From Flavobacteriaceae bacterium (lineage in GTDB: Bacteria > Bacteroidota > Bacteroidia > Flavobacteriales > Flavobacteriaceae): a DNA stretch of 64,000 nucleotides. Made by a program: the position numbers and the translations under genes. Positions 53,069 through 64,000 of the stretch are shown here, piece after piece. The stretch spans positions 2,549 to 66,548 of the forward strand of contig SHWW01000001.1 of NCBI GenBank assembly GCA_009693635.1. The letters are read 5' to 3'. Every line of letters begins with the position of its first letter. Position 1 is the first letter of the stretch. A model generated the notes under the pieces. That model was not told where the DNA came from and did not search any database. It worked only from the letters and a program-made list of their open reading frames with translations.

Positions 53069-53386
53069 TTATTTTGTTGAGTCTCTGTAGTAGATTTTAT
53101 CATCTAACCACTCTTGAACAGCAAGAGCGTGTGGTTTAGGTAATTTTTCGTAAAATTTAGAAACTTCAATCTGTTCTTTATTTTCAAAAACTTCCTCTAA
53201 ACTATCATTGTAAGTTGCAAATTCTTCCAACTTTTCTGTTAATTCCTTTTTAATTTCAGAATTAATTTGGTTTGCTCTTTTAGCCATAATAGTAATAGCT
53301 TCATAAACATTACCAGTTGGTTCTTCAATAATACTTTTATTATAAGTAATTGTATTTACCGGAGCATTCGTCTTTTTTAAATCCAT
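53069..53386 (-). CDS. rpoZ: RNA polymerase omega subunit (Bacteroidetes type)
   Basis: GNVYEAITIMAKRANQI, LEEVFENKEQIE; bamD-rpoZ-coaBC order. Confidence 0.85.
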   Translation of the reverse strand: MDLKKTNAPVNTITYNKSIIEEPTGNVYEAITIMAKRANQINSEIKKELTEKLEEFATYNDSLEEVFENKEQIEVSKFYEKLPKPHALAVQEWLDDKIYYRDSTK

Positions 53387-53396
53387 GACTTTCTAT

Positions 53397-54191
53397 TTAT
53401 TTTGAAAATTGTTTTAAATCTGTGTCTATTCTTGCCAACATTTCGTCAGCTTCTTTTTTGTATTCTGAACTCGCATTAAATTTTACCAAGTTAGAATATG
53501 CTGTTTTGGCAAGATTCAAACGGTCTTGCATTTTTGTTGTAATACTGTTAATTGCCAATTGATAAGCTGAATCAAATTTATAGAATAACGCTTTTTCTTT
53601 AAATGGTGTTCCAGGATAATCAACAATAAAATTGTCAAAAGCAATTATCGCCGACTTATAATCAGATATTTTATTATATCCGTATGCATTTAAATAGGCT
53701 TTTTTTTCTAATTTTTCTCTCAAACCTTTTACAAGACCATTAGCTTCAGACAAATAAGTAGAATTTGGATAAGCATCTATAAAAGCTTGTAATTTTTCAA
53801 TTGCTTTATCAGTATCCGTCTGATCTAAGCTATAAACTGGGCATAAAGTCGAATAACTTTTTGCGCCCAAATAAGATGCTTCTTCTATTTTATCACTTTT
53901 TGGATATCCCGCTGCAAAACTTTCAAATTGGTATCCGGACAAATAATATTGTTTTGTTTTATAATACGACTGTGAAAACATATAAAACATTTTCTCAGCT
54001 TGAGGTTTTCCCCTGTAAGAAGGAGCTATTTGCTCAAAAAGACGAATTGCTTTTGTGAATTTACCTTTTTCATATTGCTTAGTTGCTTCATCAAATTTAA
54101 CTCCAAGATCCTCAGATTTAAAAGCCTTTTGATATTCACTACACGATGAAAAACCAACAACAATTAAAACTATAATTATAAATTTATTCAT
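53397..54191 (-). CDS. bamD: Outer membrane assembly lipoprotein BamD
   Basis: Lipobox FSSC, TPR helices, LDQTDT, YPNS, YPGTP; likely start MNKFIII at 54191. Confidence 0.9.
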   Translation of the reverse strand: MNKFIIIVLIVVGFSSCSEYQKAFKSEDLGVKFDEATKQYEKGKFTKAIRLFEQIAPSYRGKPQAEKMFYMFSQSYYKTKQYYLSGYQFESFAAGYPKSDKIEEASYLGAKSYSTLCPVYSLDQTDTDKAIEKLQAFIDAYPNSTYLSEANGLVKGLREKLEKKAYLNAYGYNKISDYKSAIIAFDNFIVDYPGTPFKEKALFYKFDSAYQLAINSITTKMQDRLNLAKTAYSNLVKFNASSEYKKEADEMLARIDTDLKQFSK

Positions 54192-54320
54192 TTTTTTATT
54201 GAATTTTTGCAGATTTAATGGCATATAAAACCGTTTAAAAATCAAATGCAAATTTAGTTATTAATTTAGCGACTACAAAATATTTTTTCTAATATTAAAA
54301 AGTCATTTTAATTTCAAAAT

Positions 54321-55196
54321 TTATGAGTTATTTACAAATAAAGCTATCCTTGAAGCCAAATCAGCATCAACATTTACCAATGGCAAGCGAACAGTATTTC
54401 TGGATAAACCCAATGATTTTAGTACTTCTTTAATCCCCCCAGGATTTCCTTGCTCAAAAATCATATCAATAATATTTGATAAAAGATAGTGTAATTTATA
54501 GGCATCATCAACTTTTCTATCTAATCCTAAACGTATTAATTCAGAAAATTGTTTTGGTAAACCTTGACCAATTACAGAAATCACACCGCTACCTCCAGCC
54601 AAAACGATTGGTAACGCAATCATATCATCGCCAGAAATAACCAAAAAATCCTTCGGTTTATTTTTAATTAATTGCATCGCTTGAAATAAATCACCAGCGG
54701 CTTCTTTTATCGCAACAATATTATTAAAATCATTAGCCAAACGAATTACAGTCGAAGGCAAAACATTACTTCCTGTTCTTCCAGGAACATTATAAAGAAT
54801 AACTGGAATTGGCGAAATTGCAGCAATTGCTTTAAAATGTTGGTAAATTCCCTCCTGAGTTGGTTTGTTATAATAAGGAGAAACAGAAAGTATTGCAACG
54901 AAATTAGAAAAATCTCTGCTTTTCAATTCCTCAATTACTTTTTGAGTATTATTTCCGCCAACTCCAAGAACGAGTGGCAATCTGCCTTTATTTGCAGCGA
55001 TAACCGTTTGAATTACCAACTCTTTTTCTTCTTGGTTTAAGGTTGAATTTTCAGCAGTAGTCCCAAGAATAACTAGATAATTGATCCCGTTTTCAACTTG
55101 ATAATTTACAATTTTCAATATGGATTCCACATCAACTGAGAAATCTTTTTTGAAAGGTGTAACCAACGCAACTCCAGTCCCTATTAATGATTGCAT
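54321..55196 (-). CDS. dapA: 4-hydroxy-tetrahydrodipicolinate synthase
   Basis: [34 protein letters not shown]. Confidence 0.96.
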   Translation of the reverse strand: MQSLIGTGVALVTPFKKDFSVDVESILKIVNYQVENGINYLVILGTTAENSTLNQEEKELVIQTVIAANKGRLPLVLGVGGNNTQKVIEELKSRDFSNFVAILSVSPYYNKPTQEGIYQHFKAIAAISPIPVILYNVPGRTGSNVLPSTVIRLANDFNNIVAIKEAAGDLFQAMQLIKNKPKDFLVISGDDMIALPIVLAGGSGVISVIGQGLPKQFSELIRLGLDRKVDDAYKLHYLLSNIIDMIFEQGNPGGIKEVLKSLGLSRNTVRLPLVNVDADLASRIALFVNNS

Positions 55197-55197
55197 A

Positions 55198-55716
55198 CTA
55201 TATTTTGTTTAATATTTTTAAATATTTAAATAATTCATCAATGAAAATAGTATAATTTTCAGCACTTACATTTATCATAAAATGATTTAATCGTTTGTCA
55301 ATTGCAGAAAAACCAACTTTAAAATTTGCTTTTGATTCATTTGAAAGCAACAACAATGGAATTTTCTCAACATCATAATAATTAATCAACAAATCAAAAT
55401 TTTCATTTATAAAATTTACAACTTCCGATTTACCAAATGTTGCTGTCCAACTCAAATCATTATTACAAAAAGTTAGATAATCGAAAACTTCATTTTTTTT
55501 AATTTTATTCTTGAAAACCAAAACTTTAATATCAGTTTTCTCTATTCCTTGTTTAATTAATTCTTGAACTAAAGCTTCCCTTTCATAAAAATAACTTTCG
55601 TCAAAAACAATCCCAACACTTTTAATTTTTGAGGCTGTTGAAACTAGTTTAACATTTGATAATGATTTATTAACTATCTTTTTAGTCAAAAAATTCTTGA
55701 TGTATAATAAAAACAT
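55198..55716 (-). CDS. Conserved Bacteroidetes hypothetical protein (DUF6913-like)
   Basis: FDLLINYY...SKANFKVGF motif; directly upstream of dapA. Confidence 0.7.
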   Translation of the reverse strand: MFLLYIKNFLTKKIVNKSLSNVKLVSTASKIKSVGIVFDESYFYEREALVQELIKQGIEKTDIKVLVFKNKIKKNEVFDYLTFCNNDLSWTATFGKSEVVNFINENFDLLINYYDVEKIPLLLLSNESKANFKVGFSAIDKRLNHFMINVSAENYTIFIDELFKYLKILNKI

Positions 55717-55764
55717 ATTACTTTTACTTAAATTACAAATTTAATTAAATAAGTCGCATTTCGA

Positions 55765-56541
55765 ATGGTAAATCTAAAAAAGTATAATGTTGTTTTGAGG
55801 TTTTTTGTTTTATTCTTAACATTTCTTTTGTCAGTTTCTTGTGCCGAACAAAAATACTATGTTACAAAAATAGAAGGAAAGGATATCGGGATTACAAATA
55901 ACAACAAAGATGTTACTGAAATTGAAGCTTATATTAAGCCCTATAGAGAACGCATTTATGAAGAATTAAATACCCCAATTTCCTTCGCGCCAGAAACATT
56001 AGATAAATCTGGACAATGGCAAACAAGCATTGGCAACCTATTAGCAGACATAACTTTACAAAGAGGAAATACAATATTTAGTTCTCGTGAAAACAAAAAA
56101 TTAGACATGTGTATACTTAATAATGGCGGAATCCGTTCCATTATTCCAAAAGGAAATATCACCCAAAAAACAGCTTTTGAAGTTATGCCTTTTGAAAACA
56201 CATCTATAGTAGTTGCTTTAAAAGGAGAACAAATTTTAGAAATGGTAAATTATATTATTTCTGAAAAAAAACCACATCCAATTTCAGGAATTCAATTTAC
56301 AATCGATAAAAACAATCAGCCAAAAAATATCCTAATTCAATCAATAAATTTAGATCTGGAAAAAATATATTATGTAGTAACCTCAGATTACCTTTCAAAC
56401 GGTGGCGATAGAATGAATTTCTTTAAAAAAGGAAAAGCAAATTATGATTTAAACTATAAATTGAGAAATATCTTAATAGATTATTTAAAAGAAACGCCAA
56501 CAATACCAATTTTAAAAGACCAAAGAATACTAATCGAATAA
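55765..56541 (+). CDS. 5'-nucleotidase C-terminal (substrate-binding) domain lipoprotein
   Basis: Lipobox SVSC; IGNLLAD, NNGGIRS, MPFEN, TSDYLSNGGD. Confidence 0.88.
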   Translation: MVNLKKYNVVLRFFVLFLTFLLSVSCAEQKYYVTKIEGKDIGITNNNKDVTEIEAYIKPYRERIYEELNTPISFAPETLDKSGQWQTSIGNLLADITLQRGNTIFSSRENKKLDMCILNNGGIRSIIPKGNITQKTAFEVMPFENTSIVVALKGEQILEMVNYIISEKKPHPISGIQFTIDKNNQPKNILIQSINLDLEKIYYVVTSDYLSNGGDRMNFFKKGKANYDLNYKLRNILIDYLKETPTIPILKDQRILIE

Positions 56542-56685
56542 TGTTTTGGAACAAAAAAGTTAATAATCAGTAAATGTAATTTCTGCCTTTCTTTTAAATT
56601 GCGAAAAAAAATGCAGGATTTCCTCGCTAGCTGTTACTAAATAGTAAATCACATACCTTTTAGAAATTACCTAAAAAAAACAAAA

Positions 56686-57606
56686 ATGAAAAGAAGAGAA
56701 TTTATACAAAAAACAGCCGCAAGTACAACATTAATTGGATTAGGCTTATCTTTAAGTAGTTTTAAATCAAGCGATAGTACCAGCATAAAACACTTGACTA
56801 TTCTTCACACAAATGATGTTCACTCATATATAGATCCATTTCCAGCGGACCATCCAAGAAATCCAAATATGGGCGGTGTTGCTAGAAGAGCAGCATTAAT
56901 TGACAGCATTCGTTATGAAAATCCTAACCTTTTATTGCTTGATGCAGGCGATATATTTCAAGGAACACCTTATTTTAATTATTATGGTGGCGAATTAGAA
57001 TTGAGATTAATGAGTATGATGAAATACGACCTGGGAACAATGGGAAATCACGATTTCGATAACGGAATTGAAGGTTTTAATTCTCAAATGCACAATGCTA
57101 ATTTTGATTTTGTAACTTCAAATTATAACTTTGAAAACACCGTTCTTAATGGCAAAACAAAACCGTTCAAAATATTTAACAAAAATGGAATTAAAGTAGG
57201 TATTTTTGGAATCGGAATTGAATTAGCTGGATTGGTAGATAAAAAAAACTATAAGGAAACCGTGTATTTAAATCCTATTGAAACAGCTCAAGAAATGACA
57301 AGAATTCTAAAACAAGAGCAAAAATGCGATCTTATAATTTGTCTTTCGCATCTAGGATACAAATATAAAGACGAAACAGAAAAAATTTCGGATATAAAGT
57401 TAGCTACATTAACCAAAGACATTGACCTTATTATTGGAGGACACACGCATACATTTTTAGAAAAACCATCAGTAGTAAAAAACAGCGAAGGAAAAGAAGT
57501 AATTGTCAATCAAGCTGGCTGTTACGGAATAAATTTAGGGCGAATTGACTTTTATTTTGATAATGACAAATCAAAATCTCATAACGGAAGAAGTATTATT
57601 GTGTAA
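56686..57606 (+). CDS. 5'-nucleotidase N-terminal metallophosphoesterase domain with Tat signal
   Basis: MKRREFIQ twin-arginine motif; HTNDVHS, DAGD, GNHDFD, LSHLG, GGHTH. Confidence 0.9.
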   Translation: MKRREFIQKTAASTTLIGLGLSLSSFKSSDSTSIKHLTILHTNDVHSYIDPFPADHPRNPNMGGVARRAALIDSIRYENPNLLLLDAGDIFQGTPYFNYYGGELELRLMSMMKYDLGTMGNHDFDNGIEGFNSQMHNANFDFVTSNYNFENTVLNGKTKPFKIFNKNGIKVGIFGIGIELAGLVDKKNYKETVYLNPIETAQEMTRILKQEQKCDLIICLSHLGYKYKDETEKISDIKLATLTKDIDLIIGGHTHTFLEKPSVVKNSEGKEVIVNQAGCYGINLGRIDFYFDNDKSKSHNGRSIIV

Positions 57607-57621
57607 ATAAAATTAATCCTT

Positions 57622-59616
<1,995 letters not shown>

Positions 59617-59682
59617 TTAACAAAGTTACATAGGCTCAAAGTTACAAAGTTTAATTTATGAACCCGAAGTTATTATTTAAAT

Positions 59683-60156
59683 TTAAGACTCAATAATAGA
59701 ATTTACTTGTTTGAATAATTGTCCGTTGCTCAAGAAAGACCCTTGCTGAATCAACTCGAAAAGTGATTGATTTCTGTCTTCTGTAAATTCTTTTTTGCCG
59801 ATTTTCATTTCAATTGTTTCAGTAAACATATTATCGCTCAACCATTGTAGACCTTCTTTTGTCAAAAAATTAGTTTCTAGAACCAAAGATTTCAATACTA
59901 TCGATTTTACATAGGTATCAAAACATTGAAAAAGGAAAATATGATTTTTAGAGAAATGTTCTAAATATTCGGTTTTCGTGAGTACGCCTTCCCAAACCAA
60001 ATCAGAAAAAACATCCAATTCTTGTTCTGCAATTTCAGGTTGTTCCGCTTTAATTTTGTCCCATTCCACTTTATCAATAGCCTGAGTAGAAAGAAAATTA
60101 ATGAATTCGGTATTCATTTCTTCAAATTGCTCTTTCGTAAGTCTAGAGTATTTCAT
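59683..60156 (-). CDS. Conserved Bacteroidetes protein (DUF6495-like)
   Basis: MKYSRLTKEQFEE...FSDLVWE motif; downstream of rplI. Confidence 0.7.
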   Translation of the reverse strand: MKYSRLTKEQFEEMNTEFINFLSTQAIDKVEWDKIKAEQPEIAEQELDVFSDLVWEGVLTKTEYLEHFSKNHIFLFQCFDTYVKSIVLKSLVLETNFLTKEGLQWLSDNMFTETIEMKIGKKEFTEDRNQSLFELIQQGSFLSNGQLFKQVNSIIES

Positions 60157-60235
60157 TTATGCTGAATTTATTTAAGCATCTTATTAAGATGTATTATAGA
60201 TTAATTAGGGAATCTGAAACGAGTACAGATCAAAC

Positions 60236-60263
60236 AAAAAAAATCCCGATTTTCATCGGGATT
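60236..60263 (-). terminator. Intrinsic terminator of rpsF-rpsR-rplI
   Basis: Minus strand AATCCCGAT-GAAA-ATCGGGATT with an 8-nt U-run. Confidence 0.88.
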
Positions 60264-60283
60264 CAATTATATGAATTTAGAAA

Positions 60284-60727
60284 TTATGCTTTTTCAGCAA
60301 CAATTTCATAAGCTAATTCAACTAATACATCTCTGTGTAAACGAACAGTAGCAGCATATTTTCCTGTTCTTTTTACGATTCCACTTGTGATGAATTTTCT
60401 ATCAATTTCTTGACCACCTTTTGCTAAAGCTGCAGCGATATCAATATTCGTGATTGAACCGAATAATTTTTCTCCACCAGATTTTGCAAATATTTTAATT
60501 TCAATTGCCTTCAAAGCTTCCGCTAATGCTATTGCATCATTAACAATTTTAGCTTCTTTATGAGCTCTTTGTTTAAGGTTTTCAGCCAATACTTTCTTTG
60601 CAGAAGATGTAGCTAAAAGTGCATGGCCTTGAGGTATTAAAAAGTTACGTCCGTAACCATTTTTTACAGTTACCACATCATCTTTAAATCCTAAATTTTG
60701 TACGTCTTGTCTTAATATAAGTTCCAT
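60284..60727 (-). CDS. rplI: 50S ribosomal protein bL9
   Basis: LGFKDDVVTVKNGYGRNFLIPQG, KLFGSIT. Confidence 0.97.
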   Translation of the reverse strand: MELILRQDVQNLGFKDDVVTVKNGYGRNFLIPQGHALLATSSAKKVLAENLKQRAHKEAKIVNDAIALAEALKAIEIKIFAKSGGEKLFGSITNIDIAAALAKGGQEIDRKFITSGIVKRTGKYAATVRLHRDVLVELAYEIVAEKA

Positions 60728-60791
60728 GTTGTTGTCCTTTGTTATTAGAAGTTAGTCCCGCTGAAGCGAGACAACAACTGTTAATTTTTTA

Positions 60792-61088
60792 TTATTTCAG
60801 TAAATCTGCCACGTATGGCATTAATGCTAAGTGACGTGCTCTTTTCACAGCTACTGACACTTTTCTTTGGTACTTTAATGAAGTTCCAGTTAAACGACGA
60901 GGAAGAATCTTCCCTTGCTCATTAACGAATTTCAATAAGAAATCTGCATCTTTATAATCAATATATTTGATTCCAGATTTTTTGAAACGACAATATTTTT
61001 TTACCTTATTTGTTTCTATGTTCAAAGGCGTAAGATATCTGATATCCCCATCTTTTTTTCCTGAAGCTGATTGTTGTAATGTTGACAT
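60792..61088 (-). CDS. rpsR: 30S ribosomal protein bS18
   Basis: [34 protein letters not shown]. Confidence 0.97.
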   Translation of the reverse strand: MSTLQQSASGKKDGDIRYLTPLNIETNKVKKYCRFKKSGIKYIDYKDADFLLKFVNEQGKILPRRLTGTSLKYQRKVSVAVKRARHLALMPYVADLLK

Positions 61089-61093
61089 AATGA

Positions 61094-61435
61094 TTACGCT
61101 TTAGATGATTTTAATTTTGTTCTTCTTCTTTCAGCCCAAGAAATAGCATGTTTGTCTAAACTTACAGTTAAGAAACGCATAATTCTCTCGTCACGTCTAA
61201 ATTCAGTTTCAAATGCAATAAGAACTTCTCCTGCAACTTTGAATTCAAATAAATGGTAAAAACCACTTTTCTTGTGTTGGATTTCGTAAGCCATTTTTTT
61301 CAGGCCCCAATCCTCTTTTGATACCATTTCTGCTCCTCTGGATGTAAGAAAATCTTCGAATTTGCTTACTGTTTCCTTTATCTGAACTTCAGATAAAACG
61401 GGATTTAAAATGAAAACAGTTTCATAATGATTCAT
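61094..61435 (-). CDS. rpsF: 30S ribosomal protein bS6
   Basis: [26 protein letters not shown]; minus-strand TACTTTTG -7 element at 61465-61472. Confidence 0.97.
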   Translation of the reverse strand: MNHYETVFILNPVLSEVQIKETVSKFEDFLTSRGAEMVSKEDWGLKKMAYEIQHKKSGFYHLFEFKVAGEVLIAFETEFRRDERIMRFLTVSLDKHAISWAERRRTKLKSSKA

Positions 61436-61630
61436 AAAAAAATATTTTATTATTAAATTGGATGCAAAAGTAGCTTATATTTTTGAATTCACAAACAAAC
61501 TTTCAACTTTTATTTAATTAAGAAAGGAATAACAAAATACTAAGTTTCCTTTACTTTTTCTTTAAATAATCAAGGAATGCACTCGAAGAAAATTTATGTG
61601 AGCATATTTATATTTAGTCACCCATTTTTA

Positions 61631-63826
61631 TTAGAACTTATATTTAACCCCAAAATAAACATTTCTTCCTGAAGCATTCATTCCAGAAGCAAAAGTGCGG
61701 TATTGAGTGTCTAATATATTTTCAATACCAGAGAAAAGAGTTATATTATTTAATAAAGAAACGGATCCTTTTAAATTAAATGTTTTCCAACCAGGCATTC
61801 CATTTACAGGCGCATACTGTTCATTATCTTCACCATTTAGAAAATAATCTTTGATGTCTTTTTTTCCACTATAAAGTATGTAAAAATCAAAATTTACTGT
61901 TTTACTTTCATATTTTAAGCCTGTTTTTCCATAAAAAGGTGGAATATGGTCTAAAGGCGAAGTTCCTAAGCCGTCTTTAATTCTACCTTTTATAAAATTA
62001 AAAGTCCCGTAAAATTGCAATGGTTTTGTAATCGTGAATTTTATTGTTGATGTAATTCCAGTAATGGTTGCAATTCCTTTGTTTTGGTTGGCAAAAACGG
62101 CACTTGTTTGTCCGTCATAATTTATAGTACTTGAACCATTAAATAAAAAATCATCCGTAATAATGGCATCAAATAGTCGGGTGTGATAAAAAGTATTGTC
62201 AAATTGAATTCTTTTTCCTGCACATAATTCGACACTTAAATCAGCTGTAACAGATTTTTCTGGTTTCAAATCTTTATTTGGAACAATCAAAACACCCGCT
62301 CCTGATTCGAAAACTTTTGCAATATCATCAATGTTTGGAATTCTGTATGCAGAAGCTAAATTAAAAGCAATTCTTATATTTTTATTATTATTCACTATTC
62401 CTGCAGCACCACTATAAGTAAAGTTGTTTTGCTTGATAGATTTAAAAGGCAAGTTGAAAATAGAATTATCAGCAATTGTACTATTTAAAGTTACAAAACC
62501 AGCTCTTGCTCCAATATTATAATTGATTTTATCAGAAATAGCAGCGTTAAAAGTTGCGAAAATATCACTTCTAAAAGTAGTGTTTTTTCCATTCGGATAT
62601 CTCGTATCTGATATTGAAACCAAACCGGTAATTCTATTTGAATTTGATGCACTTGAATTTAAATTGTCATAAAAAATTTCTGCTCCATATTGCAAATCTC
62701 CTTTCCCGATTTTAGTTTTTAAATCAGCATTTACAGCATAAACCGATACTTTTTCAACCTGACTTTTGGTGTTGTCGTTATTGAATTTTCTGGTGATCCT
62801 ACTTTCTTCAACATTCTGATAATTGAAGCCTAAACTTAAATCACTATTTAAAAAAGCTTTATCCTTAGTTAATTTATAGGCCGCTAAAAGTCTTTTTTGA
62901 GGTCCATAATCCCATCTTGCATATTTTAATCCTGTAGTTGACAAATCTGTTAATCTGTCATATCTTGGAACATCACTTGTTGTTGACAATTGAAAATTTA
63001 AGCTATGTTGCTTGGTACTATTCTGTTTAAAAATAAATTTCTGTATCAAATTGTATTGCTTATAAGCAGTAAATTTTTGAATAAATTTATTAGAATTTTG
63101 AACTAAAATATCAATATTATTTATTGTTTCAACATATAAAGAACGTTCTCCAAAAAAAGTATTGCTTCCGTTTTTAGCACTTCCCATTCTTAAATCACTA
63201 AAATAATTAAAAGAAACTGCCGTAAGCGACCCCCATTTTTTTTCGGAAAAATTAAAATCAAAGTAACCAGATTTTTCATTATTAGAACTGCTATACCTTG
63301 TTAATGCATTTCCAAAAATAGTTTTATTATTGTTTTCTGAAAAAAGTAAAGGCATTTTTGTTTGCAAATTGATTGCTCCACCCATTGCATCACTTCCAAA
63401 AACAGTTGATGATGGTCCAAAAAGCACATCTACTTTGGATAGCATATTTTCGTCAACAGTAATCACATTTTGTAAATGACCTGCTCTGAAAATCAGATTA
63501 TTCATTCTAATACCATCTACTAAAAGTAAAATTCTATTTGCTTCAAAACCTCTTATAATAGGACTTCCTCCTCCTTGTTGTGATTTTTGAACTACCAAAG
63601 TCCCAATGTTTGATAATAAATCAGCAGTATTTTGAAAATTTTGAAATTCTATTTCTTTCTTTGAAATAGTTACAATTTTTTGACTATTTATTAAATTTGA
63701 TTTTGAATAACGTTCAAAATCTAGTTCAACTTCATTCAATTTGATTGGCTTAATGGTATCCGAAATATTTTGTGAATAACAAACTATAGTAACTAAGTAA
63801 GTCGCTAAAGTGATAATTTTATTCAT
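61631..63826 (-). CDS. TonB-dependent outer membrane receptor
   Basis: Signal peptide, plug domain (SPIIRGF, LVDGIR, GPSSTVFGSDAMGGAIN), LKPEKS, NILD, terminal Phe. Confidence 0.92.
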   Translation of the reverse strand: MNKIITLATYLVTIVCYSQNISDTIKPIKLNEVELDFERYSKSNLINSQKIVTISKKEIEFQNFQNTADLLSNIGTLVVQKSQQGGGSPIIRGFEANRILLLVDGIRMNNLIFRAGHLQNVITVDENMLSKVDVLFGPSSTVFGSDAMGGAINLQTKMPLLFSENNNKTIFGNALTRYSSSNNEKSGYFDFNFSEKKWGSLTAVSFNYFSDLRMGSAKNGSNTFFGERSLYVETINNIDILVQNSNKFIQKFTAYKQYNLIQKFIFKQNSTKQHSLNFQLSTTSDVPRYDRLTDLSTTGLKYARWDYGPQKRLLAAYKLTKDKAFLNSDLSLGFNYQNVEESRITRKFNNDNTKSQVEKVSVYAVNADLKTKIGKGDLQYGAEIFYDNLNSSASNSNRITGLVSISDTRYPNGKNTTFRSDIFATFNAAISDKINYNIGARAGFVTLNSTIADNSIFNLPFKSIKQNNFTYSGAAGIVNNNKNIRIAFNLASAYRIPNIDDIAKVFESGAGVLIVPNKDLKPEKSVTADLSVELCAGKRIQFDNTFYHTRLFDAIITDDFLFNGSSTINYDGQTSAVFANQNKGIATITGITSTIKFTITKPLQFYGTFNFIKGRIKDGLGTSPLDHIPPFYGKTGLKYESKTVNFDFYILYSGKKDIKDYFLNGEDNEQYAPVNGMPGWKTFNLKGSVSLLNNITLFSGIENILDTQYRTFASGMNASGRNVYFGVKYKF

Positions 63827-63875
63827 ATTATAAATTCTAATTGAAATTGTTATTGTTTTTAATACTAGTTGTATA

Positions 63876-64000
63876 GCGCAGATAGTAAATTAAAATCCCT
63901 GCAATTTAGTGATTTCAATATTATAATCCTTTGAAAATGATTTATCAAAAGACCGATTTATTCGAGTTCATAAATATTTATCATAAACATCGATAAAGTA
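63876..64000 (+). pseudogene. Remnant of a LytTR DNA-binding domain (LytR/AlgR response regulator); runs off the window
   Basis: NLVISIL*SFENDLSKDRFIRVHK, frameshift, FIINIDKV; FIRVHKSYIIN is the LytTR signature; no receiver domain upstream. Confidence 0.75.

Noticed and set aside
56542-56685. Weak hairpin AATTTCTGC...GCAGGATTT between the nucleotidase halves
   Set aside because: Too imperfect to call as ncRNA or terminator; possibly a decayed intergenic repeat
1573-57509. About 35 short (60-116 aa) track ORFs overlapping long genes
   Set aside because: Antisense or out-of-frame shadows of well-supported genes, with no motifs
61500-61630. NFLRVHS-like minus-strand fragment upstream of rpsF
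   Set aside because: Six-residue resemblance to LytTR only; consistent with chance

Overview
AT-rich core-chromosome segment of a Flavobacteriaceae bacterium, most likely Flavobacterium (Bacteroidetes-type TAnnTTTG -7 promoter elements, no Shine-Dalgarno sites at gene starts, T9SS porD, typical gene order). It carries about 58 mostly housekeeping genes: gyrA, clpC, a protease-RimK fusion, hutH, thrABC, gcvT, prfB, lpxD, ppc, smpB, miaA, a two-component pair, fabI and fabV, recN, coaBC, rpoZ, bamD, dapA, ligA and rpsF-rpsR-rplI. I saw no rRNA, tRNA, CRISPR array, integrase or transposase. The notable signals lie outside the ORF track. (1) A 40-codon Thr/Ile-rich leader peptide precedes thrA without a classical attenuator terminator. 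(2) Five TTAC-N4-GTAA palindromes cover the divergent promoters of an XRE regulator and an M14-peptidase/Lrp unit. (3) A RimB-like protease-RimK fusion occurs although the local bS6 has no C-terminal Glu. (4) Alternative RNA pairings could cover the rplI start region. (5) prfB has a programmed +1 frameshift, and an exonuclease gene probably starts at ATT. (6) Six heavily decayed pseudogene remnants point to ongoing gene loss. All family calls come from motif recognition by eye; no database searches were run.
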